Counted from the stretch's first letter, positions 1 to 9,670 are shown. The stretch: 32,000 nt of DNA from Mycolicibacterium smegmatis (GCF_001457595.1 NZ_LN831039.1:6720001-6752000); one strand, 5' to 3'. Numbers and translations are program-made. The notes: generated by a model not told the origin, from the sequence alone.

Positions 1-10
1 CAGCCGCGCG

Positions 11-943
11 GTGGCCGGCCCCGCCGATGACATCTCGGTGGGGCCCGGCCTGTCGTCCGCACCTGCCCGACGCCGCCGCGGCACGCTGCGCCGCATCGTC
101 ACGCAATGGGGTCCGGCGGTACCCTTCCTGATCGCTGCCGGTGGAATCCTCGCCGCGGCCGCATTCTGGCTGATCCGTACGAGTTTCAGCGGTCCCGACG
201 GTGGCTGGACCCTGCAAGCCTGGCAGGACATCTTCGCCCAGCAGATCACCCGTGCGGCCATGGTGCGCTCACTCGGGTTGTCGGCAGTCGTGGCGACGCT
301 GTGCCTCGTGCTGGGATCGGTGCTGGCGTACCTGGTCTCCGGCCTCGCCCGCCGCGGCCGCACCGCGGCACAGGCGTTGCTCAATGTGGCCGCCAACTTC
401 GGCGGTGCCTCCCTGGCTATCGCCATGGTGTCCACCCTGGGCGCAGTCGGATTCGTCCGCCTGCTGCTGCAGGACCGGTTCGGGTACGCGCTGGGGTTCG
501 ACCTGTACTCGTTCTGGGGTGTGGTGGTCACCTACATGTACTTCATCCTGCCGCTCTACGTGCTCCTGGTGCTGCCGGCCATGTCGGTGCTGCGCGCCGA
601 GTGGTGGGATGCCGTGCAGGCCGCGGGTGGGACGCGGTGGCACTACTGGCGTCACGTCGGACTGCCGGTGCTGTGCCCGTTCCTGCTCGCGGGCTGGGTC
701 CTGACCTTCGCCTGGTCGCTCGGCCAGTTCTCGGTTCCCTATGCACTTCTCGGCGACACCTCGGCGACGTCGTTGATCACCACGCGACTCGGCAACTTCC
801 TGTTCTCGGCCACCGGAGGGTCCAACCGCTTCGAACGCGCGGCAGCTCTCGCGGTCTTCCTGATGGTCATCTCGGCGCTGGCGCTCGTGCTCTATCGGCT
901 GATCGCCAACCGGATGCTGGCCCGATTGGAGAACCTGCGATGA
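11..943 (+). CDS. ABC transporter permease (first inner-membrane subunit)
   Basis: Long ORF with multiple hydrophobic segments and the permease-like stretch 'AGGTRWHYWRHVGLPVLCPFLLAGWVLTFAWSLGQF'. Its stop overlaps the start of a second permease by ATGA at 940-943. The true start may differ or lie upstream. Confidence 0.88.
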   Translation: MAGPADDISVGPGLSSAPARRRRGTLRRIVTQWGPAVPFLIAAGGILAAAAFWLIRTSFSGPDGGWTLQAWQDIFAQQITRAAMVRSLGLSAVVATLCLVLGSVLAYLVSGLARRGRTAAQALLNVAANFGGASLAIAMVSTLGAVGFVRLLLQDRFGYALGFDLYSFWGVVVTYMYFILPLYVLLVLPAMSVLRAEWWDAVQAAGGTRWHYWRHVGLPVLCPFLLAGWVLTFAWSLGQFSVPYALLGDTSATSLITTRLGNFLFSATGGSNRFERAAALAVFLMVISALALVLYRLIANRMLARLENLR

Positions 944-1764
944 CCCGCATGTCCCGCTGGGCGCTCCTCGGCCTGTGGAGCGTGTTCCTCGTGCTTCCGG
1001 TGCTGGCGACCCTGCTCTACTCGCTGGCCACGGTGTGGCGCGGGCGAGCCTTCCCGGACGGATACACCCTCGCGTGGTGGGTTCAGGCCTTCAGCGAGCC
1101 GCGGGTGGTATCGGCCCTGATGCGGTCGGTATGGCTGGCCGTGCTCACCGTCGTCGTGGTCGCGGCCGTCGTACTACCCGCCCTGTACTGGGGCCACATC
1201 CGCAACGGACGGATCCGTACGGTGATGCAACTGTGCGCGCTCTTGCCGTTCGCGCTGCCGTTCGTGGTGCTGGCCTACGGCATCAAACGTCTCGCCGGGG
1301 CCAGTGAACTCACCCAGCCGTGGGAGTCCAGCCCCGTGCTCGTCGTCCTCGGCCACGTCGCGCTGTCCTTCCCGTTCTTCCTGTGGCCCGTGGACGGCGC
1401 CATGTCCGCGGCCGGTGTACGGCAGCTGTCCGAGGCTGCCGAGACCTCGGGCGCCACACCGTTGGCCACGTTGTTCCGGGTCGTCATCCCGAACATCCGC
1501 ACCGGCATCCTGACGGGCGCGATCCTGACGTTCGCCACATCGTTCGGTGAGTACTCCATCGCCCGTGTCATCACCGGAAGCTCGTTCGAGACGCTGCCGG
1601 TCTGGCAGGTCTCCGCGCTGCAGGACACCCGCGGCAACCCCAACGGCGTCGCGGTCATGGCGATCTTCACATTCCTGCTCATGTTCATCGTCTCGGTGCT
1701 CATCGCACGGACCGGCAAGGGACAACCCCTGCGGCTTCTGCCGGGCATCGGCAACACACGATAG
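940..1764 (+). CDS. ABC transporter permease (second inner-membrane subunit)
   Basis: ATG at 940. Protein MTRMSRWALLGLWSVFLVLPVLATLLY... with the EAA-like loop 'EAAETSGATPLATLFRVVIPNIRTGILTGAILTFATSFGEYSIA'. Start overlaps the upstream stop. Confidence 0.9.
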   Translation: MTRMSRWALLGLWSVFLVLPVLATLLYSLATVWRGRAFPDGYTLAWWVQAFSEPRVVSALMRSVWLAVLTVVVVAAVVLPALYWGHIRNGRIRTVMQLCALLPFALPFVVLAYGIKRLAGASELTQPWESSPVLVVLGHVALSFPFFLWPVDGAMSAAGVRQLSEAAETSGATPLATLFRVVIPNIRTGILTGAILTFATSFGEYSIARVITGSSFETLPVWQVSALQDTRGNPNGVAVMAIFTFLLMFIVSVLIARTGKGQPLRLLPGIGNTR

Positions 1765-1773
1765 GAGTATCTC

Positions 1774-2817
1774 GTGCCCAGCGCTGTTCAGATCGAGTCG
1801 GCCACAAAGGTTTACGGGTCCACCAAGGCCCTCGACAATGTCTCACTCCACATCGATCCCGGCCAGATGGTCGCCCTACTCGGGCCATCGGGTTGCGGAA
1901 AGACGTCGCTGCTGCGGGCCATCGCGGGGCTCAATCCCCTCGACCGCGGTGCGATCCGCATCGGTGAAAGCGACGTCACCATGGTGCCCGCCCGGCTGCG
2001 CCCGATCGGCATGGTGTTCCAGCACTACGCACTGTTTCCCAATATGACAGTCGCGGAGAACATCTCGTTTCCGCTGACCATCAACAAGCAGCGGCGCGCA
2101 CAGCGTGCGCAGCGTGTCGGGGAACTGCTCGAGCTGATCGGCATGACCGCGCTCGCCGACCGTTACCCCAACCAGCTCTCGGGTGGCCAGCAACAGCGCG
2201 TGGCGCTCGCGCGGGCGCTGGCACCCGAGCCTGATGTCCTGCTTCTCGACGAGCCCCTGGCCGCGCTCGATGCCGCGATCCGCAACGACCTGCGCGACGA
2301 GATCCGGCGCATCCAGCACCGCGTCGGCACCACAGCGGTATTCGTCACGCACGACCAGTCCGAGGCGATGGCGGTGGCCGACCGCGTCGCGGTGATGGAC
2401 CGCGGCCGCATCCTCGAGGTCGCCGCTCCCCCGGAGATCTACGAACGGCCCACGTCGCGTTTCGCGGCCACCTTCATCGGTTCCCGAAACGCGCTGGAGT
2501 TGCCGGTCGACGCCGACCGTGTCGTGCGATGGGGCACGGCATTCAGCGTTGTGGCCCCGGATGCGGCCAACGGCAAGGCTCTCGCGGTGTTCCGACCCGA
2601 GGATGTCCGCCTCACCGCGCATCAAGGTGTGGCGGGGACCGTCGACGTCGTGGTGTTCCTCGGTGCAACCAGCCGGGTGTACGTCACCGTCGAGGGCGAG
2701 GCCGGGGACCACACCGTGCACGTCGACCTGCCGTCACGTGCTGCTGCAAATTTCGTTCCGGGACAACGTGTCGGCGTTGTCGTCGCGCCAGAGAAAGTCC
2801 GGGTGTTCGCCTCATGA
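1774..2817 (+). CDS. ABC transporter ATP-binding protein (PotA/FbpC-like with C-terminal TOBE-like region)
   Basis: GTG start after an AGGAG-like RBS. Walker A 'GPSGCGKTSLLRAI', signature 'LSGGQQQRVALARAL', Walker B 'DVLLLDEPLAALD'. Confidence 0.96.
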   Translation: MPSAVQIESATKVYGSTKALDNVSLHIDPGQMVALLGPSGCGKTSLLRAIAGLNPLDRGAIRIGESDVTMVPARLRPIGMVFQHYALFPNMTVAENISFPLTINKQRRAQRAQRVGELLELIGMTALADRYPNQLSGGQQQRVALARALAPEPDVLLLDEPLAALDAAIRNDLRDEIRRIQHRVGTTAVFVTHDQSEAMAVADRVAVMDRGRILEVAAPPEIYERPTSRFAATFIGSRNALELPVDADRVVRWGTAFSVVAPDAANGKALAVFRPEDVRLTAHQGVAGTVDVVVFLGATSRVYVTVEGEAGDHTVHVDLPSRAAANFVPGQRVGVVVAPEKVRVFAS

Positions 2818-3833
2818 CAGACCCCATGGTCGTCCTCGTCATCATCGACGGTGCCGGCGCGCGTCAGGTGCGCCCTGACACGATGCCGACACTGCACTCG
2901 CTCGCCACCTCGGGTGCCTGGCATCCCGAGGGTTCCGAGGCCGTGCTGTGCTCGGCGACCTACCCGAACATCCTGACCCTGGTGACGGGTAGCTCTCCCA
3001 CGCAGCACCGCGTGTTTGCCAACCCGCTTTTCGGGCATGAGCTGGCCGGAACATCCTCGGTCACCACAGTTTTCGAACGCGCCGGCGATCGGGCTTCGGA
3101 GTTCGTCGTCGGTGATCAGTACCTGATCGATGTGGGCCGGGCGCGCACCGCGGGCCGGCACTGGCCACCTGAGGGAGTCCTGCCGGACGACGCCTTCCGC
3201 GACGAATTCGGCTACGCCACCGACTGCGCGGTGCTACCCCACGCACTGGCCGCCGTCGGGCGCCGACCCGATCTTCTCGTGGTGCATCTCAACGGGCCCG
3301 ACACCGCGAGCCATCTGCACGGGCCGGACAGTGACGCCGCTGTGGAGTCCTACCGCACCTCCGACGCCACGCTGGCATCGTTGGTCGACGCCCTGCGCCC
3401 GCACTGGGACAACCTCCTGCTGCTGGTCACCTCCGACCACGACCAGGAGACCATCCACGACGACCGCCGCATCGACCTCGCCGGCCTGGCATCCGCGCGC
3501 GGCGTCGACGCCACGGTGTTCCACGAGGGCACCGCGGCCGTGATCTGCGGACCCGGCGCCGCCGATGCGCGCTGGCTGTCCGACGTGGCAGGCATCGAGC
3601 GGTCCTGGCTGGTGGAACCGGGACTCCGGGTGGCCGCGAGCGAACCGCACCACTGGTTCGCCACAGCCGATGGGCCTACCCGTGGCGGGGCCCACGGCGG
3701 TCCCAGAACCCGCGGACAGGTGGCGGTCGCGGCAGGCGGGCACCCGATGGTCGGCCGTATCGCCGGGGCGTGGCGCCACCGGCAACCGCGCGCCGAGGAC
3801 TGGGCGGGCCTGGCACTGTCCGTATTCGGCTGA
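2814..3833 (+). CDS. Alkaline-phosphatase-superfamily phosphodiesterase/nucleotide pyrophosphatase-like protein
   Basis: ATG at 2814 overlaps the upstream TGA (2815-2817). Motifs 'VVLVIIDGAGARQV', 'SATYPNILTLVTG' (nucleophile region), 'HLNGPDTASHLHGP' and 'LLVTSDHDQ' are typical of the metal-dependent phosphodiesterase fold. Confidence 0.82.
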   Translation: MTDPMVVLVIIDGAGARQVRPDTMPTLHSLATSGAWHPEGSEAVLCSATYPNILTLVTGSSPTQHRVFANPLFGHELAGTSSVTTVFERAGDRASEFVVGDQYLIDVGRARTAGRHWPPEGVLPDDAFRDEFGYATDCAVLPHALAAVGRRPDLLVVHLNGPDTASHLHGPDSDAAVESYRTSDATLASLVDALRPHWDNLLLLVTSDHDQETIHDDRRIDLAGLASARGVDATVFHEGTAAVICGPGAADARWLSDVAGIERSWLVEPGLRVAASEPHHWFATADGPTRGGAHGGPRTRGQVAVAAGGHPMVGRIAGAWRHRQPRAEDWAGLALSVFG

Positions 3834-3891
3834 CGCCGAACGATTTCAGGGGCCACACCCGAAACGCGGCGCGGGCATCTACGGTGCAACC

Positions 3892-5361
3892 GTGAACTTC
3901 GACGAATACCGCACATTCGACGCCACGGGACTGGCCGAACTCGTCGCCGACAAGCAGGTGACGGCCGCCGAACTGCTCGAGGTCGCGCAGGCCCGCGCCG
4001 AAGCGGTCAACCCGAGGATCAACGCGATCGTGCGGGAGGTCCCCGCGGCACCCGCCGACGCCGCACCGGGCCCGTTCACCGGAGTGCCCTTTCTCATCAA
4101 GGACATCGGTCAGGACTACGCCGGTGTGCCCTCCTCGCGCGGTTCACGTGCTTTGAGGTCGATCCCGGTCACCGAGCACGCCACGGTCGTACAGCGGTGG
4201 ATCGAGGCCGGTCTGGTGATCTTCGGCAAGACCAACACACCCGAGTTCGGCGCCAAGGGCATCACCGAACCCGAGGCGTGGGGCCCGACGCGCAATCCGT
4301 GGAATCTGACGCACACCCCGGGCGGATCCTCGGGCGGGTCGGCGGCCGCCGTCGCGGCGGGCATCGTGCCGTGCGCGGGTGCCAACGACGGCGGCGGGTC
4401 GATCCGGATCCCGGCGGCGTGCTGCGGGCTGGTGGGCCTGAAACCGGGCCGCGGTCTGACGCCGATGGGACCGGCGCTGTCCGAATCGGTGCACGGCGCG
4501 ACGGTGCAGGGCGTGGTGTCGCGGACGGTGCGCGACACCGCGGCCATGCTCGACGTGATCAGCGGCGGCGAACCGAGTGGTCCGTACGCACCGAAACTGC
4601 CCGGGACACCGTTCGCGTCGGCCGTGGGCGCCGACCCGGGCAAGCTGCGGATCGGGGTGCGCGTCCCGTCGGCCATCAACCCGAACCCGCATCGCGAGGC
4701 GTACGCGGCGGTCGAGGCCACCGCGCAGACGCTCACCGCGCTCGGACACCACGTCGAGGAGCTTCCGCAAGCGCCGTTCGACGACGCGGCGCTGGCGCGC
4801 GAGTTCCTGCTCTCGTGGTTCGTCTACACCGCGTGGGAACTCGAAGAGGCCAAGCGCATCTCGGGTGCGGGTGACGAGGCGTTCGAACGCGACACGCTCA
4901 TCCTGGCCGCGATCGGCCGCGCGACCAGCAGCGTCGCCTACGTCGACGCCGTGCAGCGACGCCACGACCACACGCGTCGGCTCACGACGTTCTTCGAGTC
5001 CTACGACCTGTTGATGACGCCCACACTGGCCACCCCACCGCCGCGGATCGGCGAATTCGAGCTGCCCGAACTCCTCAAGCGCGGGTCGGACGTACTGCTC
5101 AAGACCCGCACCGCGGGTCTGCTGCGCTTCACCAAGATCCTCGACGACAGCGTCGATGCGAACCTGGCATGGGTGCCCTACACGCAGTTGGCGAACATCA
5201 CCGGGCGGCCTGCGGTCACGCTGCCGCTGCACTGGACCGCCGACGGTCTGCCACTCGGGGTGCAGTTCGTGGCGCCGCTGGAAGGCGAATCGCTGCTCAT
5301 CCGGCTCGGGGCACAACTCGAAGAGGCGATGCCGTGGAAGGACCGCGTCGCACCGGTGTGA
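3892..5361 (+). CDS. Amidase (amidase signature family)
   Basis: Contains 'GVPFLIKDI' (catalytic Lys region) and 'TPGGSSGGSAAAVAAGIVPCAGANDGGGSIRIPAACCGLVGLKPGRG' (Gly/Ser-rich amidase signature). GTG start at 3892. Confidence 0.93.
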   Translation: MNFDEYRTFDATGLAELVADKQVTAAELLEVAQARAEAVNPRINAIVREVPAAPADAAPGPFTGVPFLIKDIGQDYAGVPSSRGSRALRSIPVTEHATVVQRWIEAGLVIFGKTNTPEFGAKGITEPEAWGPTRNPWNLTHTPGGSSGGSAAAVAAGIVPCAGANDGGGSIRIPAACCGLVGLKPGRGLTPMGPALSESVHGATVQGVVSRTVRDTAAMLDVISGGEPSGPYAPKLPGTPFASAVGADPGKLRIGVRVPSAINPNPHREAYAAVEATAQTLTALGHHVEELPQAPFDDAALAREFLLSWFVYTAWELEEAKRISGAGDEAFERDTLILAAIGRATSSVAYVDAVQRRHDHTRRLTTFFESYDLLMTPTLATPPPRIGEFELPELLKRGSDVLLKTRTAGLLRFTKILDDSVDANLAWVPYTQLANITGRPAVTLPLHWTADGLPLGVQFVAPLEGESLLIRLGAQLEEAMPWKDRVAPV

Positions 5362-5379
5362 TCGCCCGGCGGGCGAGGA

Positions 5380-6273
5380 TCAGGCGGTGAGCTCGTAGAG
5401 CGTGCTGCGCAACCACAGGTGGCTCGCGTCGTGGTCGAGCCGCGGGTGCCACACGGCATAGAACGGCAACTGCGGAAAGCTCTTGGGCGCGTCGAGGATC
5501 CGCACCGCTGACGGGTTGGCCAGCTTGGCGACCAGGCGCGCCGGGAACGTCACCACCAGGTCGGTTCCGGCCAGCATGTCCACCGCGAAGGTGTAGAAGG
5601 GCGTCGAGACGGCCACTTTGCGGGGGACCGGCAGGGCGTCCTCGATCAGGTGGGTGGTGCCCTGCTCGATCTCGATGCGGATGTGCGGGTAGGCCAGGTA
5701 GTCCTGCAGCGTCACCTGCGGACGGGCGGCCAGCGGGTGCTCGTGTGCCACCGCGCAGACGAAGTGATCGGTGAACAGTTCCCGGTGGGCCAGGTGCGAC
5801 GCCGCAGGCCGACCGACGACGAGCAGGTCGATGCCACCCGCGTTCAACTCGGCGAAGGCCTCGTCGTCGAGTTGCTGATAGACCACCGACGACCCGGGCG
5901 AGCGCTGATGGATCGTACGGGCCAGGTCGGCGCCGAACAGCGCGACCGAGTAGTCACTGAGCGCCAGCCGGTACGACTCGGTGGCGGTGCCCGGTTCGAA
6001 GTTCTCCGGCCCGAACAGCACATCGAGTTCGGGCATCAGACCGGCCAGCCGAGCCTGCAGTCGCTCGGCTCGCGGCGTGAGGGTGTAACCGTCGCGGCCC
6101 GCGACCAGCAACGCGTCGTCGAACGTGCGGCGCAGCCGCTGCAGAGCGCGGCTCATGGCGGGCTGACTCAGGCCGACACGCGCCGCGGCCCGCGAGACCT
6201 GGCGCTCCTCGAGCAGCGCGGCCAGCGCGGGGAGCAAATTCAGGTCGACACCACCGATATGCGTTTGGCGCAT
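5380..6273 (-). CDS. LysR-family transcriptional regulator
   Basis: N-terminal HTH 'DLNLLPALAALLEERQVSRAAARVGLSQPAMSRALQRLRRTFDDALLV', followed by a LysR-type effector domain. Confidence 0.93.
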   Translation of the reverse strand: MRQTHIGGVDLNLLPALAALLEERQVSRAAARVGLSQPAMSRALQRLRRTFDDALLVAGRDGYTLTPRAERLQARLAGLMPELDVLFGPENFEPGTATESYRLALSDYSVALFGADLARTIHQRSPGSSVVYQQLDDEAFAELNAGGIDLLVVGRPAASHLAHRELFTDHFVCAVAHEHPLAARPQVTLQDYLAYPHIRIEIEQGTTHLIEDALPVPRKVAVSTPFYTFAVDMLAGTDLVVTFPARLVAKLANPSAVRILDAPKSFPQLPFYAVWHPRLDHDASHLWLRSTLYELTA

Positions 6274-6504
6274 ACGGTCAATACTAGGAATTCATTGGGC
6301 AGATAGCGGCGGATACGCGCACCCTCTTAGTACAGCGGCTGTCGCCTGACAGGAACTCGAAAGGAATTGGTGATGCGGTCCCTGGCTCTCGATGTTCCCA
6401 CCGACCGCACAGCGGGTACTCCTTGTCGACCTGTGCCAGCCCGACAAACATCTGTCGCACCGTTGTCGGCGTTGCCCAATCATCGTCTTTGCTGACGAGG
6501 CACC

Positions 6505-7197
6505 ATGGAAAGAGACGACCAAGGGAAGGAGGGAACAGTGCGCCCCCATGGCACCGACCACGAGGGTAGGACGACCTCGTGGTTGGCCGACGATCCAGAA
6601 CTCACCACCTTCGCGCTCCGCATGCCGAGGTGGCCTGCGCTCGTGCGTTTGCGGGGACGGGATCCACTCGTACGCGCCGTCGATCGCGTCGAGGCCCTGA
6701 TCTTCTGCCTGGTCGTCGTGGTGGCGGTGCTCGCCGTTCCCGTCGTCGGTGCAATCGGCACCGCGGTCCACGATGCCCGCAGCCAGCACAATGCCCAGGC
6801 CGCCGCCAGCCGCACCCCGGTGGAGGCCACGGTGGTCGACATCTCCACCGACGCCGGCGACGCCTTTGCCAACACCCACACCGTGACCGGGCGCTGGTTG
6901 GTCGACGGCACCGAGCACACCGGCGTCGTTCCGGCCTCGCCGAACGTCTCGGTCGGTGACACCGTGCAGATCTGGGTCGACCGGTCAGGTGCGTGGGCTC
7001 CCGCGCCGCCACCGGCGTCGAGTGCGGCCGCAGATGCGATCACGCTCTCGGTGCTCATCCTGTTCGGCTTGGCCGGTGCCACGCTCACGGTTCTGGTGCT
7101 GACCCGGAAATCCTGCGACCGGGTCCGGTTCAACCGGTGGCAGCACGGTCTCGACGCCTTCATCGACCACGGCGACGGTTACGCCAGCCGTCCCTGA
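6505..7197 (+). CDS. Rv1733c-like conserved transmembrane protein
   Basis: Two hydrophobic segments and the pattern 'RDPLVRAVDRVEALIFCLVVVVAVLAVPVVGAIGTAVHDARS...WLVDGTEHTGVV...VGDTVQIWVDRSG', which resembles M. tuberculosis Rv1733c from memory. An alternative in-frame GTG start at 6538 has a stronger RBS (AAGGAGGGAACAGTG). Confidence 0.72.
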   Translation: MERDDQGKEGTVRPHGTDHEGRTTSWLADDPELTTFALRMPRWPALVRLRGRDPLVRAVDRVEALIFCLVVVVAVLAVPVVGAIGTAVHDARSQHNAQAAASRTPVEATVVDISTDAGDAFANTHTVTGRWLVDGTEHTGVVPASPNVSVGDTVQIWVDRSGAWAPAPPPASSAAADAITLSVLILFGLAGATLTVLVLTRKSCDRVRFNRWQHGLDAFIDHGDGYASRP

Positions 7198-7206
7198 CCG
7201 CTCGGC

Positions 7207-7225
7207 TTTGTCGGGATCCGACAAA
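7207..7225. repeat. Perfect 8-bp inverted repeat with 3-nt loop (TTTGTCGG-GAT-CCGACAAA)
   Basis: Read directly from the sequence, about 10 bp downstream of the stop of 6505..7197. Could be a short hairpin or an operator. Confidence 0.6.
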
Positions 7226-7323
7226 TTCTGCTGGTCGGTTTTCGTCAATTCACGGCGTGACCGGCCGACATTGTCTGCAAGCTCGAGGCAGGCCCAGGGG
7301 GTGGGCCTGAAGGGAGGGACCAC

Positions 7324-7809
7324 GTGACCGCCACCATCCGACGACACACCATCTCCAGATATCTGCGGCGCTCTCGCGGAACCGGGACGCTGCGACTGCG
7401 CCTGAAGCCGGCACATCAACGGTGCGGTTTCGTGCAGGGAGCCTGGTGGCCGCGCTCGACCGTGTTGGGCACCGAGCTTTCGCCTCTCCTCGCGGCGATC
7501 AGGACCCGCTCCGGCACGATCGAGCGCGTCCGGTATCACGCGGGCGACTGGTCGGAAGCCGGAACTCAACCGGCCGACGACGTGGTGCTCGACGGCAGTT
7601 CGCCGTCACCGCACGTCGTGACCTTGCAAGGTCCGGATCTCGGCGAACTCAGGTTGCTGGTCGTTCCGCCCTACACCGAGCCCACCCACGCCTATGACAT
7701 CGTGGTGGCCGCGTCCAGCGTCCACGATTCGTCCACACCCGATCAGCTTCTCGAGCTCTCACAACCCGAGTTCGGCGATCTGCTGCAGGAACGCCCGCGC
7801 GGGCGCTGA
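7324..7809 (+). CDS. DUF5994-like hypothetical protein
   Basis: 'LRLRLKPAHQRCGFVQGAWWPRSTVLGTELSPLLAAI' resembles the DUF5994-type actinobacterial family. 3' end overlaps the convergent LysR gene. Confidence 0.68.
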   Translation: MTATIRRHTISRYLRRSRGTGTLRLRLKPAHQRCGFVQGAWWPRSTVLGTELSPLLAAIRTRSGTIERVRYHAGDWSEAGTQPADDVVLDGSSPSPHVVTLQGPDLGELRLLVVPPYTEPTHAYDIVVAASSVHDSSTPDQLLELSQPEFGDLLQERPRGR

Positions 7810-8619
7810 GGCACTCGCCGAGACGGCCACACCCAGGTTCCGCACCGTCGTCGGTGTCAGCGGCCTGATCACGACCCCGTCGGGCAGATCGGGCAGACCT
7901 GCACTCGGCAGGATGCTCACGCCCAGTCCCGCCCGCACGATCTCCAGCACGGCCGAGAGGCCACGCGCCTCGAATGCCACGTCGAAGTCGACACCGATGC
8001 TCTGCGCGACCGGTGTGAAGGCATCGGCGCACCCGCCCGTCGACCGGACGAACGGCTCTTTGGCGAGTTCGACGTAATCGACCACGTCCCACCCGGCGAG
8101 CCTGCTGTCCGCCGGGACCACGGCGACCATGTCCTGGTCACCCAGCACCGCGGATTGGAGGCCCTTGACGGGCAGACTCACCACACCGGCTTCGGCGGCG
8201 CCCCGGTCGAGCCAGTCCCGCACCTCCTCCTCACTGCCCTCGAGAAGCCGGACCGCGACCGCCGGATGACGCTCCCGGAATTCCCGCACGTGCGGCGCGA
8301 CCAGCGTCCCGGTCACGCTCGGCAGGCTGGCCAGGGTCAGGGTTCCGGTGAGCGATCCGGCCAGCGCCGCAACATCTTTGCGCATCGCGGTGAGATGGCT
8401 GACGGCTTCCCTGGCATGCCCCAATGCGAGCTCACCCGCCTCGGTCAGCGATACGCCGCCGCGCTCGCGGACCAGCAATGGCAGCGCCAGCTCCTTCTCC
8501 AGCGCGGCGACCGCACGACTCACGGCAGGCTGCGACAGCCCCAGTTCGCGGCTGGCCGAGGTGAAGCTACCGGTCTCCACAACCGCCACGAAGGCCCTCA
8601 GCTGCAGCAGCGTGGACAT
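7759..8619 (-). CDS. LysR-family transcriptional regulator
   Basis: 'MSTLLQLRAFVAVVETGSFTSASRELGLSQPAVSRAVAALEKELALPLLVRERGGVSLTEAG' is a classical LysR N-terminus. The ORF can extend to 8634. Confidence 0.94.
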   Translation of the reverse strand: MSTLLQLRAFVAVVETGSFTSASRELGLSQPAVSRAVAALEKELALPLLVRERGGVSLTEAGELALGHAREAVSHLTAMRKDVAALAGSLTGTLTLASLPSVTGTLVAPHVREFRERHPAVAVRLLEGSEEEVRDWLDRGAAEAGVVSLPVKGLQSAVLGDQDMVAVVPADSRLAGWDVVDYVELAKEPFVRSTGGCADAFTPVAQSIGVDFDVAFEARGLSAVLEIVRAGLGVSILPSAGLPDLPDGVVIRPLTPTTVRNLGVAVSASASAPARAFLQQIAELGL

Positions 8620-8636
8620 CGCGCCCCCTGACATAC

Positions 8637-8723
8637 AACGTTCGACATACCTCTATATCGACAACGGCATGCGAATTACTCCCGTTCACCACGTTTCACA
8701 AAACGTTCGAGAAACGTTTCGAG
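8637..8723. promoter_or_regulatory. Divergent LysR / MBL-hydrolase control region with repeated (A)AACGTT(T)CGA elements
   Basis: AACGTTCGA at 8637-8645 and 8702-8710, and AAACGTTTCGA at about 8712-8722. 8701-8723 is a near-tandem repeat AAACGTTCGAGA/AAACGTTTCGAGA. Confidence 0.45.
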
Positions 8724-8755
8724 AGAACACCGCACCACGTGCCGCAGGAGGAACC

Positions 8756-9664
8756 ATGCCGCCACTCGAGCAGAACACCATCGGCAACGGCGGGGACCGT
8801 GCCGCCGTCCGGAGCCTGACGTTCGACGACATCACCGTCACCTACGTCGTGGACGGTGTGATCGCCCTGCGCCCCGAGGTCTTCTTCCCCGCAGTCCCCG
8901 CCGACGCCTGGACGGAGCTGGTGACCGCCGGCGGGGAGCTGTTGATGAGCGCCGGTGGTCTTCTGGTCGAGATCGCCGGGTCCACAGTGCTGATCGACGC
9001 GGGCGTCGGCCGGATGACCGAAACACTGTCGTTCGGCGGCGTCGACTGCGGCTCGCTGATCGACGTGCTCGGGGCGCTCGGCGTGCCACCCGGCGACATC
9101 GACGTGGTGGCGTTCACGCACCTGCATTTCGACCATGCCGGTTGGGCATTCACCGATGGCACCAAAACCTTTCCCAACGCGCGTTACGTGGTGGCGGCCG
9201 ACGAACTCGCGCCGTACGGCACCGCCGAGCGCAATGACGATCCGACGGCACCGTGGGACGCCATCACGCGACTGGCCGGTGGCGAGCACGACGTCGTGAC
9301 CGTCCAGGACGGGGAGCAGGTCGTGCCGGGTGTGCACGCGGTCGTCACAGGTGGTCATACGCCGGGCCACACCTCCTACGTCGTCACCTCGGCCGCCGGT
9401 CAGCGACTCGTCGTGTTCGGCGACGCGTTCCATACGCCGGCCCAGCTCTCACATCTGCACTGGCTGTCGTCGGTGGACCCGGACGACGGGAGTGTCCTAC
9501 GCGCCCGGCTTCGCCTGCTCACCGAGCTCGACCGGCCTGACACCGTCGGATTCGCGTTCCATTTCGGTGATCAACCGTTCGGCCGGGTCGTCACCGACGC
9601 CTCGGGCGTCAGGGTGTGGGAACCGGTGGCATCGCAGTTGGTGGCGCCCCCGCCACGTCGGTAG
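8756..9664 (+). CDS. MBL-fold metallo-hydrolase
   Basis: ATG preceded by AGGAGG. Metal-binding motif 'THLHFDHAGW', with downstream 'GGHTPGHTSYVV' and 'VFGDAFHTPAQ'. Confidence 0.92.
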   Translation: MPPLEQNTIGNGGDRAAVRSLTFDDITVTYVVDGVIALRPEVFFPAVPADAWTELVTAGGELLMSAGGLLVEIAGSTVLIDAGVGRMTETLSFGGVDCGSLIDVLGALGVPPGDIDVVAFTHLHFDHAGWAFTDGTKTFPNARYVVAADELAPYGTAERNDDPTAPWDAITRLAGGEHDVVTVQDGEQVVPGVHAVVTGGHTPGHTSYVVTSAAGQRLVVFGDAFHTPAQLSHLHWLSSVDPDDGSVLRARLRLLTELDRPDTVGFAFHFGDQPFGRVVTDASGVRVWEPVASQLVAPPPRR

Positions 9665-9670
9665 CGGCCT

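Noticed and set aside
6280-6505. Possible DosR-box-like operator before the Rv1733c-like gene
   Set aside because: I looked for a GGGACT...AGTCCC-type palindrome and did not find one. DosR control is not supported here.
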